Part shown: positions 25,031 to 38,390 of the stretch, in pieces
How the letters are laid out: every line of letters starts with the position of its first letter
How positions within the stretch are numbered: the first letter of the stretch is position 1
DNA from: Octopus sinensis
Taxonomy: Eukaryota
Assembly (NCBI RefSeq): GCF_006345805.1
Contig: NC_043000.1
Coordinates: 17,794,001 to 17,858,000 of the forward strand
DNA: 64,000 nt
Reading direction: 5' to 3'
Notes under the pieces: generated by a model
What the model was told of the DNA's origin: nothing
Databases searched by the model: none
Seen by the model: only the letters and a program-made list of their open reading frames with translations
Program-made: the position numbers and the translations under genes

Positions 25031-25912
25031 CATAGCACTCCAGTATTTTTAGTTTGTTTTGCAAAGACAAATTTTTACTCCATATTTACTTCTATCATCA
25101 TGACGAGGAGAATGGTGGGGGTAATACTCGCCTGTCACCACTTTAAATTCTCTAGAAAACATAGTGTAAATAAATTTTTAAAAATCAGTTTCATTGCTTG
25201 GGTGCTCTCACGAATTCCAAGAGAAAACCAGAATCCTGGTTGATGTTCTACTTTGCACTCACTCCTGTCCTTAAGGATGATTGATGTTGTACAATAGTAC
25301 TATATCTTGAAATAAATGAATAATGAGTACAGTTTATGTTGATGCTTTGATAACAATATCCAGAGTTTTGATTCTAATAAGCAGATAATTTTTACTTCAT
25401 TTTAAGTATGGAGTTGAGAACTGATTAATTTCGGTAATCATTACAGTTTTATATATCTCTGATGATAATGAACACTTTCTTCTGAATGGTAGCTAGCCAA
25501 AGAAAATCTACCTCACTGAATTTCATCTGACCCATATAAGCATAGAAAAGTGGACATTGAAATGATGATGATGATGATGATGGCATACATACATACATAT
25601 ATGTATAACTAGTTGGTTTGGCTGCCAGCATTTCAAAAATCAAAGTTTATCAAAAATTTTTTAATTTGGCGCATTAATATACTTTTCCAAGCTGAACTGC
25701 TGGAGTTATTTCACTTTTTCCAGAAAAATATTTTTAAAAAGTTAAGAGGCTTAAAGTTTGATCATTTTCATCCAGTCAGGAAACAGGATTTGGAAGTTAT
25801 CATTTTGTGTGTGACTGCATGTGTTGTCAACATTCTGAAAATAGCACAAGTTTTTATATGAAACTGTAAACAAATCAAATTCTGCTTATGTATGTATGTA
25901 TGTATGTATGTA

Positions 25913-26560
25913 TAATAACTTAGAATAACTTAGAAAGGTTTTGGCCAGTATTGGCCCAGGCCATGTCTAACTTAATAGCACCACCTGGCGAAGTCTTTCA
26001 ATTCAGGATTTGGACACCAAGGCCCATTCGAGCAGAGAGTTATTGTTTGCGGAGACATATCCGGGTGTGGGTGGTTTGTCCGGGACTGTTTGAAGGAATT
26101 TGTCCAAAGACTTCTTGAATTTTGTGTGGTCAGTTTCTGTTTTGACGTGTCCTGGTTTAATGTTGAAGAGAGCGGGTCCAATTGAGGTGAAATAATTGTG
26201 CCGTATTGTTGTTATGAGATACGATTTAGATTTTTGTTGTGGACGGATGGCACGTGGTCCAAGCCTTGGATGTATTTTGAAGGTGATACCAACATCATTT
26301 GGACAGTGCTGATGGAATATTTTCCACATCATACAGATAATGTAGCGTTCATGGCGTCGTTGGAGTGAATACAGTTTCAGCTTTTTCAGTCGACCCCAGT
26401 AGTTGAGGTCTGACATGCCATCTATCTTTTTCGTGATTGACCTTTGGGGAGCTTCAACTTTCATAATATTCCATTTCGTGTAGGGAGACCACAGTGGACA
26501 GCAGTATTCAAGGTAAGGTCGGGCAAAAGTGGAGAAGAGAAGGATAAAAAAGAAGGTGCT
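25913..26560 (-). pseudogene. CR1-clade LINE, 5'-truncated 3' end (ORF 26003..26692)
   Basis: RPYLEYCCPLWSP...QRSITKKIDGMSDLNYWGRLKKLKLYSLQRRHERY...FKKSLDKFL; short tandem-repeat tail TTATTCTAAG. Confidence 0.92.
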
Positions 26561-27085
26561 TCTTTTCCACTCATCAGAGTGATCGGAGTTTTGGCCAGAA
26601 GGAAGTGATGTTGTCGGACAGAATCTCACAATCGTCAGGTGTTTTGAGCCTGAACCATAACACCCTACCCTTGGTGGGAAATCACTATTCATTATCTCCT
26701 TCTGGCTTCCAGCTTAATTCCTCTCTTTTGCCCCATAACCAGCAAGAAGCTCTTTCTGTTGCCTCTCCCATCCTGCATACAACCATTCCTTTCATCCCTC
26801 TCATATATATGTTTGTATGCATGAGAATGTGTGTGAATGTTGACATCACTTGGTATTGACATTATCACCAATCACTTTACACTTTCAAAAATTCATAGAA
26901 TAAAAGAATCTTGAAAAAAGGTAAGCGTTGGCAACAAGAAATGCATCTGACTGTAAAATCCTACCTCAAATACATACCTTCCTGACCCATGCTAGCAAGG
27001 AAAAACAGACATTAAATGAATATATTTAGAAAGTCTAATTGTTTGACCCCCCCCCCCCAATTTCTACAATTATAGGCATATATGT

Positions 27086-27420
27086 GAAGGTGCATGGCTC
27101 AGTGGTTAGAGCATCGAGGTTACGATCATGAGGTTGTGAGCTCAAATCCCGGACTGGGCTGTGTGTTGTGTTCATGAGCAAGACACTTTATTTCACATTG
27201 TTCCAGTTCACTCAGCTGTAGAAATGAGTTGCGACGTCACTGGTGCCAAGCTGTATCGGCCTTTGCCTTTCCCTTGGATAAAATAGGTGGCGTGGAGAGG
27301 AGAGGCCATTATGCATGGGTGACTGCTGGTCTTCCATAAACAACCTTGCCTGGACTTGTACCTGGGAGGGTAACTTTCTAAGTGCAATCCCATGGACAGT
27401 CATGACCGAAGGGGGTCTCA
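27086..27420 (+). mobile_element. SINE family F (tRNA-derived)
   Basis: A-box TGGCTCAGTGGTT, B-box-like GAGCTCAAATCCC, ends GTCATGACCGAAGGGGGTCT; minus copies at 42321-42612 and 49960-50200. Confidence 0.82.
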
Positions 27421-28185
27421 GCAAGGCATAGATGTGGCATATGGTCCCAAGTTCAGTCCCACTGTATGATACCTAGGGTGAGTGTCTTCTACTATAACCT
27501 TGGACCCACCAAAGTCCTGTGAGTGGATTTGGTTGGCAAAAAGTGACAGAATCTTGCCATGTATATATGTGTGTGTGTGTGTGTCTTTGTGTCTCTGTTT
27601 GTCCTCACTACTAATCATTGTTGGTGGGTGTGTTTACATCCCCGATACTTAGCAGTTCAGCAAGAGACCGACCAATGAATTAAGTAACAGGCTTACAAAA
27701 AAATGAAATTAAGTACTGGGGTTGACTCATTCTTCAAAGTGGTGCCCCAGCATCGCTACAGTCTAGTGACTGAATACAAGCAAAAGAGAAAAGACAGAAG
27801 ATAATTCAATACTAAATTCTAAGTATACACCATTTATGCAGTTTCTTTCTTCTGTAATACAATTAGTTACAGCTATTAAAAGTGCAGAGCATTTTAATAC
27901 CCATAACAAATTGTACTTTATAAGAAAAGGCTGAATACATGCACTTGTACAAACATAACAGGCCGGATATGGTTATTTAGGACAGACAAGTAAATGGTAT
28001 GCATTGTCATATAGGTTACCTGCCCTGCTGATGTGAATATCTTTTTGAAAATGAAAGGCAGAGTGGATAACTATGAAACCTTTAGCTTCTGCACTTTGAT
28101 TATAAATTCACATTTATACCAATAATAATTGGTGTACTTGGTTTTATTGGTAAACTGTTTAAGTGACAACTGGAAAAGCTAGCAT

Positions 28186-28355
28186 TTACAGAAAAAGATA
28201 TTGACCAGCAAATGCACATAGCAACTACAAACTTGAGAAAAATCTTCCATATTTTTTACTGTTCCACTTACATATTGTAGTTGCTATGTGCATTTGCTGG
28301 TCAATATCTTTTTCTGTAAGTGGAACAGTAAAAATATGGAAGATTTTTCTCAAGT
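28186..28355. repeat. Interleaved inverted repeats, A-B-A'-B'
   Basis: A 28189-28230 is the reverse complement of 28275-28316 (42/42); B 28231-28270 is the reverse complement of 28317-28355 (one T indel). Confidence 0.95.
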
Positions 28356-28489
28356 TCCACACTGACATTGTTTTTGTTATCTCCTGAAGAAGTACAGTCA
28401 ACAAAAGCTTCACAGTTAAAGGTGATGATCATCATTGAACTTGATAAACAACAATAAGCATATATATATAAATAAATAAATAAATAAAT

Positions 28490-28557
<68 letters not shown>

Positions 28558-28635
28558 TATATGAAAGAATGGAGTTGAACGACTTGAGAGCGGTCAGCTA
28601 AAAGTTTTTTGTGCATTTTGATGTCGACATAAGTT

Positions 28636-28731
28636 CCTTGATTTTCCTGATGAGAAATCTGCATAATGTACTCCTTATTCCTTCAGAATTAGGAATATGC
28701 AGTCTTCGAAACATATGTCGAGAATAAAGGA
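28636..28731 (+). ncRNA. Type I hammerhead ribozyme fold with canonical core, inside a 225-bp unit bounded by 33-bp inverted repeats (28552-28776)
   Basis: CUGAUGA 28647-28653; extended stem II 28654-28707; GAAA 28708-28711; palindromic stem III ACAUAUGU; GUC with C at 28719; stem I AUUUUC/GAGAAU extended by UCCUU/AAGGA. Confidence 0.75.
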
Positions 28732-28950
28732 TATTTGTTAACTAGTTGTTCAACTCCATTCTTTCATATACTTATAATTTTAAAATAAACATACAAATTT
28801 CCGCACGAAGACATGTAGTCTATGCCCTATGGACGTAGCTTCAACCGTGTTCTTTCTGATGTGAATTTGCTACCCAGGTATCGGTTATCTTTCGAATTAT
28901 CCTTAATAAGATAATTCATTCAATTACTCAAATATATATATATACACGTA

Positions 28951-30448
28951 CACCCGGAACTATGCTTATAGCTTTAGAGTGAAATTTAGGATTTCTCTGT
29001 CTTCTCTGAATCAGTTTTGATAAAACTTTTCCTAACTGGTTTCCACTCTATGGCAACACCATTGTTATGTTTTCATTATTCTGTGTAACGTCCTTTCTTT
29101 TTTATTTCAGATTCTTCAGTTTTTGGGTGAACTACACTAATAGTGTCTTTTCTCTCTAAGAACAAAGGGACGTGGAAAAGGTCTTAATGCTGAAGAAAAG
29201 GCTGTCATCATCAAGGAAAGTGCTAAAGGCACCTCTCTTCTTGTCATTGTGGAGAAGTTAGGTCATCATGTGGACACAGATGATTCCTGAAGGACCTTTC
29301 GCCAAGAAAGAAGCAATCCAATTGTGTGACCTCCAAGACTGTGACAGCTAGGGATTTAAGGAATATTGGCTGCAAGTTATGTGGGAAAGCTGGACAAACA
29401 AGCAAAGCCATTTTCATCACCTCTGGACTTACTCATGTACCAAAAACCACCAGAAATTGCATCCTTGGGACCATGGCTTCTGTACATGAACCCCTGAAGC
29501 TACCTCCTTCTGCCTCCTTTAATACCCCGTCACAAGAGTTTGAGGTTTCAATGGGCCCAAAAGTATAATATTAGACATGAATAGTGTTCTGTTCACTGAT
29601 GAAACCAGGGCGACCCTTGACAGACCTGACAGTTGGATCTATTTTGGAGATGACATCAACAACAGGGTGGAGGAGTCATATTGCAGCCCAGTCAGGGTGC
29701 CTGAAGGGGTTAAAGTGACCACAGCCACCTACTGCAATCTCCTGAAGGAGGTCTTGGATCCCTAGCTAGATGATATACCACTATCACTTCTAAGAAATCT
29801 TGTATTCATGCATGACAATGCTCCCTCCCACTCTTCTAGGACTACCCAAACATTACTAGGGCCTTACGGCATACAAGGTGGAAGGTTGGTGGTATGTCCA
29901 CCAGCATCTCTGGATCTCAACCGTATCAAAAATCTTTGGTCCATCATTAAACAAGATGTTTATGCCAATGGACGCCAGTTTACATCGAAAGATGTCATAT
30001 GGATGACCATCAAAACTGCAGCAAAGGCAGTCCAACCTGCTAATATTAAGAAATTCACAGATTCTATGACTAATAGGGTTTTTTAAGTTATCCTTCGAAA
30101 TGGCACTCATGTGGCTAAATAATTCATTATGTCAATAAATGTTATAATATTATTAAGGTTTTCTGTTAAATATGTACTCAGTGTATGCTTAATATGTATC
30201 ATTACCCTTCATTTTCTGAAAAAAAAATGTCTAGATGGGCTATTTTCATTCAAGAGCTATTAGTATGGTTCATCCAAAAACTGAAGAATCTGAAATAAAA
30301 AAGAAAGGACGTTACACAGAATAATGAAAGTATAACAATGGTGTTGCCATAGTGTACAAACCAGCTGGGAAAAGTTTTATCAAAATCAGTTCACAGAAAA
30401 CTGAGAAATCCTAAATTTCACTCGTAAGCTATGAGCGTGTTCTGGGTG
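28951..30448 (+). mobile_element. Tc1-like transposon with DD37E spacing (TRT-like), defective
   Basis: TA TSDs at 28949-28950 and 30449-30450; ~195-bp TIRs (28951-29147, 30254-30448); decayed transposase 29165-30122 with VLFTDE, HDNAPSH and SLDLNRIKNLW, 37 residues between the second D and the E position (now K). Confidence 0.88.
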
Positions 30449-30454
30449 TATATA

Positions 30455-30705
30455 CAAGATGGTATCAAAAGGTTCATGGTCTAGTTATGTTTAATAAAAC
30501 ATAACTTATTTACCTAAGTTTTAACATCATCTCCTTTGAAATAGTCACCTTGTGCAGCAATACACTGTTCCCAGCATTCTTGCCACATTTGGAATCTGGC
30601 CTGGAAGTTGTTTTCTGTAAGAGAGATGAGGACCTTCTGCGGTTTGCTCTATATCTCAACAGCAGTGTTCAAGCAGTGACCTTTGAGCTGCATTTTCATC
30701 TTAGG
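30455..30705 (-). pseudogene. Mariner 3' end fragment (irritans-like) abutting the Tc1 element
   Basis: Minus translation KMKMQLKGH...FQMWQECWEQCIAAQGDYFKGD; terminus TA|CAAGATGGTATCAAAAGG; truncated by a SINE C fragment. Confidence 0.75.
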
Positions 30706-31624
30706 GTGAAATGCTTAGCAGTATTTTGTCTGTCTTTATGTTCTGAGTTTAAATTCCACCGAGGTCAACTTTGCTTTTCATCCTTTCTGGGTCAATAAAT
30801 TAAGTACCAGTTGTGTACTGGGGTTGATTTAATTGACTTCCCCCTTCTTTCATAGTACCAGCATGAGTGGGGTTGCCATGTTAATTGCAAGACTTAATAG
30901 ACCCTTTGACTGAGTAGTACTAGTATAGTAGAGAGAGAAAGGTGGGTTTGTGCTAGATGTCAAGAGGTTAAAGTATGAAAGAAGGGAGAGTAACAGGTTT
31001 CATGTTGATGGAGGTATATGGCTACCTTGCATTATGTAAGGGTGAAGGATAGGGGAATAGTTGGAATAGAGCTGGAAAGAGATAAAGGTGGTGAGGGGAA
31101 GGTGTTAGAGTGTGGCATCAAGGCACAAAAGGTGAATAGAAGAGAGGGAATGATGGGTAAATATAGGTTGCAATAGTGTGTGTGTGGGGGGGGGGGTGAG
31201 AGATGTGGGAAAGGAGAAGGCAATTAGAATGTGTGTGTGTATATACATATATATATATCTGTAAAATAATCATCATCATCATCATTATCGTTTAACGTCC
31301 GCTTTCCATGCTGGCATGGGTTGGATGGTTCAACTGGGGTCTGGGAAGCCAGAAGGCTGCACCAGGCTCCGGTCTTATCTGGCAATGTTTCTACAGCTGG
31401 ATGCCCTTCCTAACGCCGACCACTCCGTGAGTGTAGTGGGTGCTTTTTACGTGCCACCGGCACGGGTGCCAGACGAGGCTGGCAAACGGCCACGATCGGA
31501 TGGTGCTTTTTACGTGCCACCATGTGACAATTATTCAGTAGCCAACATAAAACTCTTGAGTTTCGGATGCCGAGGTGGGAATCCACACCCATCTCTTCGG
31601 TTATCTATATATATATATAGATGA

Positions 31625-31950
31625 TTGCTTCATCTTGTCAGATTTGGCATTTAATCTCCTTCAAAGTTGTCCCTTTCTGAAGCTACATGCTTTATCCAGC
31701 ATTATTTCTATTGATGAAAACATTCCTGGAACTCCTTTTTTGGTGGTAGCTGCCTCACCACATTCTCTTGGATTTCCTCAACATCTTGAAATCTTGTTGG
31801 GGGTCTTGCACTGTGAAGACTGAGCCTTGGTTTTGGGATCATAGCCACCTATGATTCATCACCTGTTATGACCATTTTCAAAAAGGTTTCATTTTCCTCA
31901 ACACAGTTGAGGAGATCCTCCCTACCTGAAACCCAATCTTCGTGAGGTGA
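31625..31950 (-). pseudogene. Internally deleted mariner transposase fragment
   Basis: FLKMVITGDES..YDPKTKAQSSQCKTP joined directly to C-terminal RFQDVEEIQEN...KEFQECF...DNFEGD. Confidence 0.75.
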
Positions 31951-33233
31951 CCACACTTTACTTTACTTCTAAGTACTGCTATAAACAACAGAAGTGAGTG
32001 AGGATGTTATAACTTAGTGTGCATGTACAGTAGAACTCAAGGTCCCATTTGTGCTAAGTACCTTCACTCTGGGTACTTCAGCTCTGTCACCATAGCAACA
32101 GTCCTGATACTTTTTAATCAGGCCTCATATGCTAAACAAGTGTTCAGAACAGAATTGACAGTATTGATCTTAAACTCTCTTCAGCTTCTAATTGGTAATG
32201 AGGTCAGGTTATATGAGTGGTTAAAGATGTTGCTAAGTTCAATTATTGTCTCATTCCCTACACACTTTAAGTCTATAATTAAATTTGATAGCCCCCTGCC
32301 CACCCTCCACTAATGATTTTGAGTTATAGAACTTCTCTGATACTTTGCTCTTGTCTAATGGAAGGAAGTGTCCGTATTGTCACAGTCTACGCGGAAAGTG
32401 TATATTCTGTGTTTGGTTTTCCTGTCTTCTTGCAGCAGATTTTGATGACTGATACTTGGAAATGTATTATAGTATGTGTATTTTGGTCAGATTTTTTTTA
32501 GTATGTTATGTGATATGGGTGTGGCCATTTTCACAATTGTTGATGTTGCTAATTAGTTTCCAAAGTATTTTACTACTTGTTTTGGTGGTCTATCATCATC
32601 ATCATCATCATCATCATTTAGCATCTGCTTTCCATGCTAGCATGGGTTGGACGGTTCAACTGGGGTCTGTGAAGCCAGAAGGCTCATCATGCCCAGTCTG
32701 ATCTGGCAGTGTTTCTACGGCTGGATGCCCTTCCTAACACTAACCACTCCGTGAGTGTAGTGGGTGCTTTTTACGTGCCACCCGCACAGGTGCCAGACGG
32801 AGCTGGCAAATGGCCACGGACGGATGGTGCTTTTTACGTGCCACCTGTCTTTATCTATGTTAGATAAAAAGGTTTGGTGGGTGAAAAACACAAAGACACA
32901 CATACACACACATACATCAGGATGAATGACTGCAGTTTTATTTAGCTTGAAGCTGTGTGAATCTAAGTAAAATCGCAGTCTCCTATACATACAGGCATGT
33001 CCTTTACAGGCGCACGTGCCACATAAAATGCACTCATGTCAGTGCTGTGTAAACACACTCGTACTGGTGTCATATAAAGGACACCCAGCACTCTCTGTAA
33101 AGTGGTTGGCATTAGGAAGGACAACCAGTCATAGAAACCATGCCACAATAGACAACTGGAGTCTGAACAGCACCTTGGTTGACCAGCTCCTGTCAAATCG
33201 TCCAACCCTGCCAGCATGGAAAACAGATGTTAA

Positions 33234-33453
33234 CCCTTTAGCATTTAAACTGGCCATATCCAGCCAAAAGTATTCTGCCTGTTTTATGTTCAAACTGGCC
33301 AGATCTGGTCTCTCACACCAACCCTACAATATCATTTTAAAAATTAACAGCTACCTCATCAAAATCTCATAGCCACAAGATAATGCATGATTAGTTCAAA
33401 ACAATGTGAATAAAAAGGATTAGTTTTGGCAGAATAATGTGAACACTAAAGGG
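33234..33453. mobile_element. piggyBac-type MITE inserted in the tail of a family D copy
   Basis: TTAA|CCCTTTAG...CTAAAGGG|TTAA, 220 bp. Confidence 0.9.
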
Positions 33454-33996
33454 TTAAACAATGATGAAAATAATGGGCTTTTTTTCACTTTCTCTCTACC
33501 AAATCCATTCACAAGACTTTTGTTAGCCTGAGGCTATAGTAGAAGACACTTGCCCAAGGTGTCACTCAGTAGAACTGAACTTAAAACCATGTCGTTGCAA
33601 AGCAAGCTTCTCACCACAGAGCCCTGTCTGCACCTGTAGTGCTGTGTGCTTTGTTAGAGGTTTTTATTTTTTAATTCTTTTACTTGTTTCAGTCATTTGA
33701 CTGCAGGCCATGCTGGAACTCCGCCTTAGTTGAAGAACTTGACCCAAGGATTTATTCTTTGTAAGCCTAGTACTTATTCTATTGGCCTTTTTTTGTTGGA
33801 CTGCTAAGTTATGAGATCATAAACACACCAGTTGTCAAGTGATGGTGGGAGGACAAACACAGATACACGCACACACATAAATACATACATACATACATAC
33901 ATACATACATACATACATGTATGTATGTGTATATATATATATATGTATATATATATATGTGTATATATATACACATGTGTATTTTTTCTCCTTGTT

Positions 33997-34034
33997 TCTT
34001 TCTGTGGAAGAGCGTAGGCTCGAAACATTAAAAA
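33997..34034 (+). ncRNA. Decayed hammerhead-like motif, same family as 18889 (core CUGUGGA)
   Basis: TCTTT-CTGTGGA-A-GAGC(GTAG)GCTC-GAAAC-ATT; stems I and III partly broken. Confidence 0.5.
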
Positions 34035-34884
34035 CTTTTTCACTTCCCGACCATTAAACTTATACCTCTGTTTATTGTCTACACCACCTGTCTTTGTCTT
34101 TTGTTTTTTTTGTGAATTCTCCTCCTATATATATATATATATATTATATATATATATATTATATATATATATACGATGGACTTCTTTCAGTTTCCGTCTA
34201 CCAGATCCAATCACAAGGTTTTGATTGGCCTGAGGCTCTGGTAGAAGACACTTGCCCAAAGTGCCACACAGTGGGATTGAACCCAGAACCATGTGGCAGG
34301 GAAGCCAGCTTCTTACCACACAGCCACCTCTGTGCCTATTATCTCTAGCTTTTATTAGGTTGGCTATTTTAATAGTGTAAGTAAACAGGGTTGTATTATT
34401 TTTTTCCCCCATGTTGCTTGGCTATTATGTTTTTTCAATAAACATTTTAAATTATTTTCTTGAATGTATTGTAATGCAGTGTCAATTCTGTGAATTGGGA
34501 TGTTGCTCAATTCTGAAAATCTTAATTTCCTTCCTTGGTGGAAGTGATGGGCTTGGGGGATTTGATATTATAAAACATCCAATTAGGATATCTACCTTCT
34601 GTGGCTGAATTCACTGCCCTAAATACTTTACTGTATTTTTCTTTTTAGGAAGTGGAGGGCAGTCTGGTTAAGTACACCTCCAATGAGACTGAGCTACACC
34701 AGGCAGCAGCTTTGTGTGTGTGTGTGTGTATGTGTGTGTCTGTGTGTCTGTGTACACTAATGGCAGAAAGCATACTCAATGCTCTTGGTCGAGTTTTTTT
34801 ATTATATTTGAAGCTGATGATTCACCCTGTCACTATTCAGAGTAATATATACATAGACACACACATATACAGCTCTATATGTGT

Positions 34885-34939
34885 ATATATGTGTGGGTGT
34901 GAGTGAATATATATATATATGCATACATACATATATATA

Positions 34940-34973
<34 letters not shown>

Positions 34974-35105
34974 CTTACATACATATATACATACATATAT
35001 ATATGTGTATGTATATATATATGTGTGTGTATATATATGTATATATATATATATATATATATACAATACATACATATATATATGTGTGTGTATATATATA
35101 TATAT

Positions 35106-35139
<34 letters not shown>

Positions 35140-35210
35140 ATACAATACATACATATATATGTGTGTGTGTGTGTATATATATATACATACATATATACAT
35201 ACATACATAT
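34885..35210. repeat. Compound (TA)n/(TG)n/(TACA)n microsatellite
   Basis: Directly visible. Confidence 0.97.
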
Positions 35211-36439
35211 ATCATCATCATCGTCATCAATATCATCACCCTTTAACATCTTTTTTCCATGCTGGCATGGGATGGACCTATATATGTGTGTGATGATGAT
35301 GATGATGATCATCATCATCATCGTCATCATCATCATCAATCTTCTATGCTGCTATGGGTCAGATGGTTTGAAGGGATCCAACTGATCTAAGGACTGCATC
35401 ATGTGATGTAACTGTATGTACATCTACACACACACCCACTTGCTCCCTCTCTCTCTCACACACACACACACATATGCACACACACACACACACAGAATTA
35501 TACGTCATATACAGAATAATGCAGTATGGAATGCAGCTGTATGGTAATTAGACAATCATGCAAATGAAAATATATTTAGTCATAAACCACTGAAAACCTA
35601 GAATAAATACATTAAGGAGTGTGTGATACAGCTTTTTAATAATCATTAAATATGTCTTAACCTATATATGCATAAATATATAGGGAAAGGGAGCAGTAAG
35701 TGTAGCATTTATAACCCTCATAAACTGGGGCATAAAAAAAACCCCTGTGAAAATGAAATTTAGAAAATGATTTATCTTTTGTAGTTTGGGCTCACTGTCC
35801 AGGATGTGTGGGTGGTAGTGACTGCAGTGGTGACACTGGTGGCGATGGTGGGAGGAGAATCATCACAATCCTAGATCTGTAGATGTACTATAGTGTAGGT
35901 CAAACTAACTGTTCAATGTTGCTCTCTGAATAGAAAACAATGGCCTTTGTCATCGAGTCTTTACTGTACTTTACTGTTTTTGTGTGGTTACCATGAAAGG
36001 TCATCAGATATTGTAAGGCCCATCAATTGTAGAAAGTGTGATGGTATTTTAGTTTTTTTTTTTTTGTGTGTGTATGTATATGTGTGTGTGTATGTGTATT
36101 TCTGACTGAGTTACACCAAAAAGGTCAACATGAAAGATCTGACAAAACTTGTATCACAGCTAAAGATATAGTTGGTAAAGAGGTCTAAGGCTCCTAGTGA
36201 GATTGACTGTCCCAAATAAATCCTTTTTTTTTTTTTGTATGGGGCACTTGAGAGTGACATTAACCTTCACAATTTCAAAGCAATTATGATTTTCTCTGGA
36301 GTCCAAAGGCATGTCAACTGAAGTCAGTAAATTATCATCACTATTGTCATCATCGTTTTAATATCCACTTTTCTATGCTTGCATGAATCATATGAATTCT
36401 GTTGAGGCAGATTTTCTACGGCCAAGATACCCTTTCCGT

Positions 36440-36840
36440 TGCCAGCCTCACCTGGCCCCCATGCCGGTGGCACGTAAAAAGCACCATCCGTTTGTGGCCG
36501 TTGCCAGCACCGCCCCGACTGGCCTCCGTGCCGGTGGCACGTAAAAGCATCATCCATTCGTGTCCGTTGCCAGCCTCGCCTGGCCCCCGTGCCGGTGGCA
36601 CATAAAAGCACCATCCGTTCGTGGCCCCTTGCCAGCTCCGTCTGGCACCTGTGCAGGTGGCACGTAAAAAGCACCCACTACACTCGCGAAGTGGTTGGCG
36701 TTAGGAAGGGCATCCAGCCGTAGAAACACTGCCAGATCAGACTCGGCCTGATGCAGCCTTCTGGCTTCACAGACCCCAGTTGAACCGTCCAACCCATGCT
36801 AGCATGGAAAACGGACGCTAAATGATGATGATGATGATTA
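36440..36840 (+). mobile_element. Family D copy with four internal units
   Basis: Four GCCGGTGGCACGTAAAAAGCACC-like units at ~60-65 bp spacing, then the D 3' end and (GAT)n. Confidence 0.85.
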
Positions 36841-37172
36841 TATATATATATATATATATATATATGCATATATATATATATATATGCATATATATGTGTG
36901 TCTTACTGTATTGACCAGGCTATCAGATGTTGCTATATATCGCTGATCACAATGTGCTTTCTCACATTGTCATAGCTTTCAAATGATGCTTTCCTGTTGG
37001 CTAGGCAGGCCAAATTTCCCTTGAACAGAATCCCAGTCTGTCTCAGGGTTATCCATTTACAGCTGAGTGACTGGAATAACATGGGATGAAGTGTTTTGCT
37101 CAAAAACACAACATGCTGCCTGTCTGGCAGTCGAAACCACGATTTTGCAATCACGAGCATGATACTCTAACC

Positions 37173-37351
37173 CAGCATTTCTCAACCAGAGTTCTGCAAA
37201 AGGTTCCTAGGGTTCCACAAGAAAGAGTGAGATAAGCTAATGCTAATTTCATGATCATAATATTACTATACATGCACAACCATATTATTGGTTATTGTAA
37301 TATTGACGTTATCCTATCTAACCTATTATGTTATCAAAAAATATAACAACC

Positions 37352-37395
<44 letters not shown>

Positions 37396-37785
37396 TTTAC
37401 TTGTTTCAGTCATTTGACTATGCCCATGCTGGAGCACTGTTGGCCATGCTGGAGCACTGTCTTTAGTCAAACAAATTGACCCCAGGACTTATTCCTTGTA
37501 AGCCTAGTACTTATTCTATTGGTTTCTGTTGCTGAACCACTAAGTTATAGGTGTATAAACACACCAACATCAGTTGTCAAGCAATGGTGAGAGGACAAAC
37601 ACAGACACACACACACAAATACACACACACACATATATACACACATACGATGAGCTTCTTTCAGTTTCTGTCTACCAAATCCACTCACAAGGTTTTGGTC
37701 GGCTTGAGGTTATAGTTGAAGACACATGCCCGGAACCATGTGGTTGGGAAACAAGCTTCTGACCACACAGTCAATCCTGCACCTA

Positions 37786-37816
<31 letters not shown>

Positions 37817-37945
37817 TTCCACATGAACTACAATGTAAAAAATATGAGACAGATATGGTATATAATTTTTTTTTGTGCAGGGGTTCCTTGGGGTTTGTAA
37901 TTTGTTTTAAGGGTTACACAATGGTAAAAAGGTTGAGAAACACTG
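37173..37945. mobile_element. hAT MITE with a nested SINE A (about 37395-37780, minus)
   Basis: TIR CAGCATTTCTCAACC / GGTTGAGAAACACTG; perfect 8-bp TSD CTCTAACC at 37165-37172 and 37946-37953. Confidence 0.88.
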
Positions 37946-37969
37946 CTCTAACCACTTGACAGTGTACCT

Positions 37970-38000
<31 letters not shown>

Positions 38001-38390
38001 CACACGTGTCTTTGTGATTGTGTTTGCCCAACCTTCTCAACAACCAGTATTGATTTGTTTATGTCCTTGTAACTTAGCAGTTCAGCAAAAGTGATCAATA
38101 GAATATGTACTAGACCTAGAAATTAAGTTGTGGGGTTGATTTATTTGACTAAGCCCTTCAAGGCAGTGGCCCCAGCATGACTGACTGAAGCAAGTAAAAG
38201 ACAGACAATATACCTGTTCTGAAGAAGTCTTTTGACAGGAGCCTATGTTCTTTGGTGAAGAGGTGCCAAGAAGTTTTAGGTGTTAAGTAATGAATGAATC
38301 ATATAAGTGCTCCAGCATGGACACAGTTCACTCACTGAAACAATTAAAAGATAAATACCTTTGGGGTTATATCCAGCCCAGTATTTAGAG

